64,000 nt of DNA from an uncultured virus (IMG/VR IMGVR_UViG_3300029903_000001) (Duplodnaviria > Heunggongvirae > Uroviricota > Caudoviricetes), in the IMG/VR virus record IMGVR_UViG_3300029903_000001; one strand, written 5' to 3'. Below are positions 63,624 through 64,000 of the stretch, piece after piece; positions within the stretch are counted from its first letter, which is position 1; every line of letters begins with the position of its first letter. The position numbers and the translations under genes were made by a program. The notes below the pieces were generated by a model. That model did not search any database. It saw nothing but the letters and a program-made list of their open reading frames with translations, and was not told where the DNA came from.

Positions 63624-63982
63624 TTCCCTCGAAACGGTGTCAAGACTGGCGTCTGTCCTTGCTGGCGCTGGGCGGCCCGGATCGTGGGGTCGCTTGTGGC
63701 AGCGGTAACGAACTTCGCTTTGATTCGTTCGGCGGCGACCCCGCGCAGGACGTGGGCCTGTTCGACCTGTTCAAGGTCTTCGAGCATCATGCCGTGGATT
63801 TCATCGAATGGGATCGCGTAGCTTTGGCCGAAGTCGTCGCTGCCGATGAGCACGCCTCCCTCGGCGCACTTTACCTTATGATCAACATAGGTGTTGTACG
63901 CCTCGCCTGCTTTTTCTTCGGTTTTAAAAAGTAGCGCCCACGCTGTTCCCGTCGGCCCGAAGCAGATCGTCAGATTGAACAT
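63620..63982 (-). CDS. Hypothetical protein on the opposite strand
   Basis: 120 aa; AAGGA RBS. Confidence 0.55.
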   Translation of the reverse strand: MFNLTICFGPTGTAWALLFKTEEKAGEAYNTYVDHKVKCAEGGVLIGSDDFGQSYAIPFDEIHGMMLEDLEQVEQAHVLRGVAAERIKAKFVTAATSDPTIRAAQRQQGQTPVLTPFRGN

Positions 63983-64000
63983 TCGAAGTTATCCTTTTTT

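Overview
The window holds most of a tailed dsDNA phage genome, GC-rich and probably podovirus-like: no tape-measure or major tail tube gene is evident, while adaptor/nozzle and large ejection-type genes are present. An alphaproteobacterial host is inferred from a GcrA-like gene and an alphaproteobacterial-type HTH gene. It begins in a scaffold-like gene just before the major capsid gene and ends just after terminase and portal, so it looks like a near-complete circular permutation. Layout: virion genes (1-21.2 kb, +), lysis/envelope (21.2-25.2 kb, +), replication and nucleotide metabolism (25.2-35.2 kb, -), primase-VirE (35.5-37.7 kb, +), small early genes (37.7-41.8 kb, -), a control/origin-like region (41.8-43.5 kb), and accessory, glycosylation and packaging genes (43.6-63.6 kb, mostly +). 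The most striking locus is 46.64-47.64 kb. There a promoter drives a ~280-nt end-paired ncRNA containing an atypical tRNA (His-like body, CUG anticodon) and a run of 7-9-nt AA-containing repeats. It is followed directly by a DIP1984-like helical protein gene, then a separately promoted three-hairpin sRNA with an anti-Shine-Dalgarno loop. Also notable are a palindromic TTGTA(G/C)TACAA motif at five promoter-like sites, a four-gene glycosylation set with a Tyr-to-Phe epimerase, tail-region proteins with Sec/Tat signal peptides, a PV(D/E)HNPF-bracketed low-GC cargo gene, and an Acb2/Tad1-like gene. All product calls come from motif recognition by eye; no database search was run.
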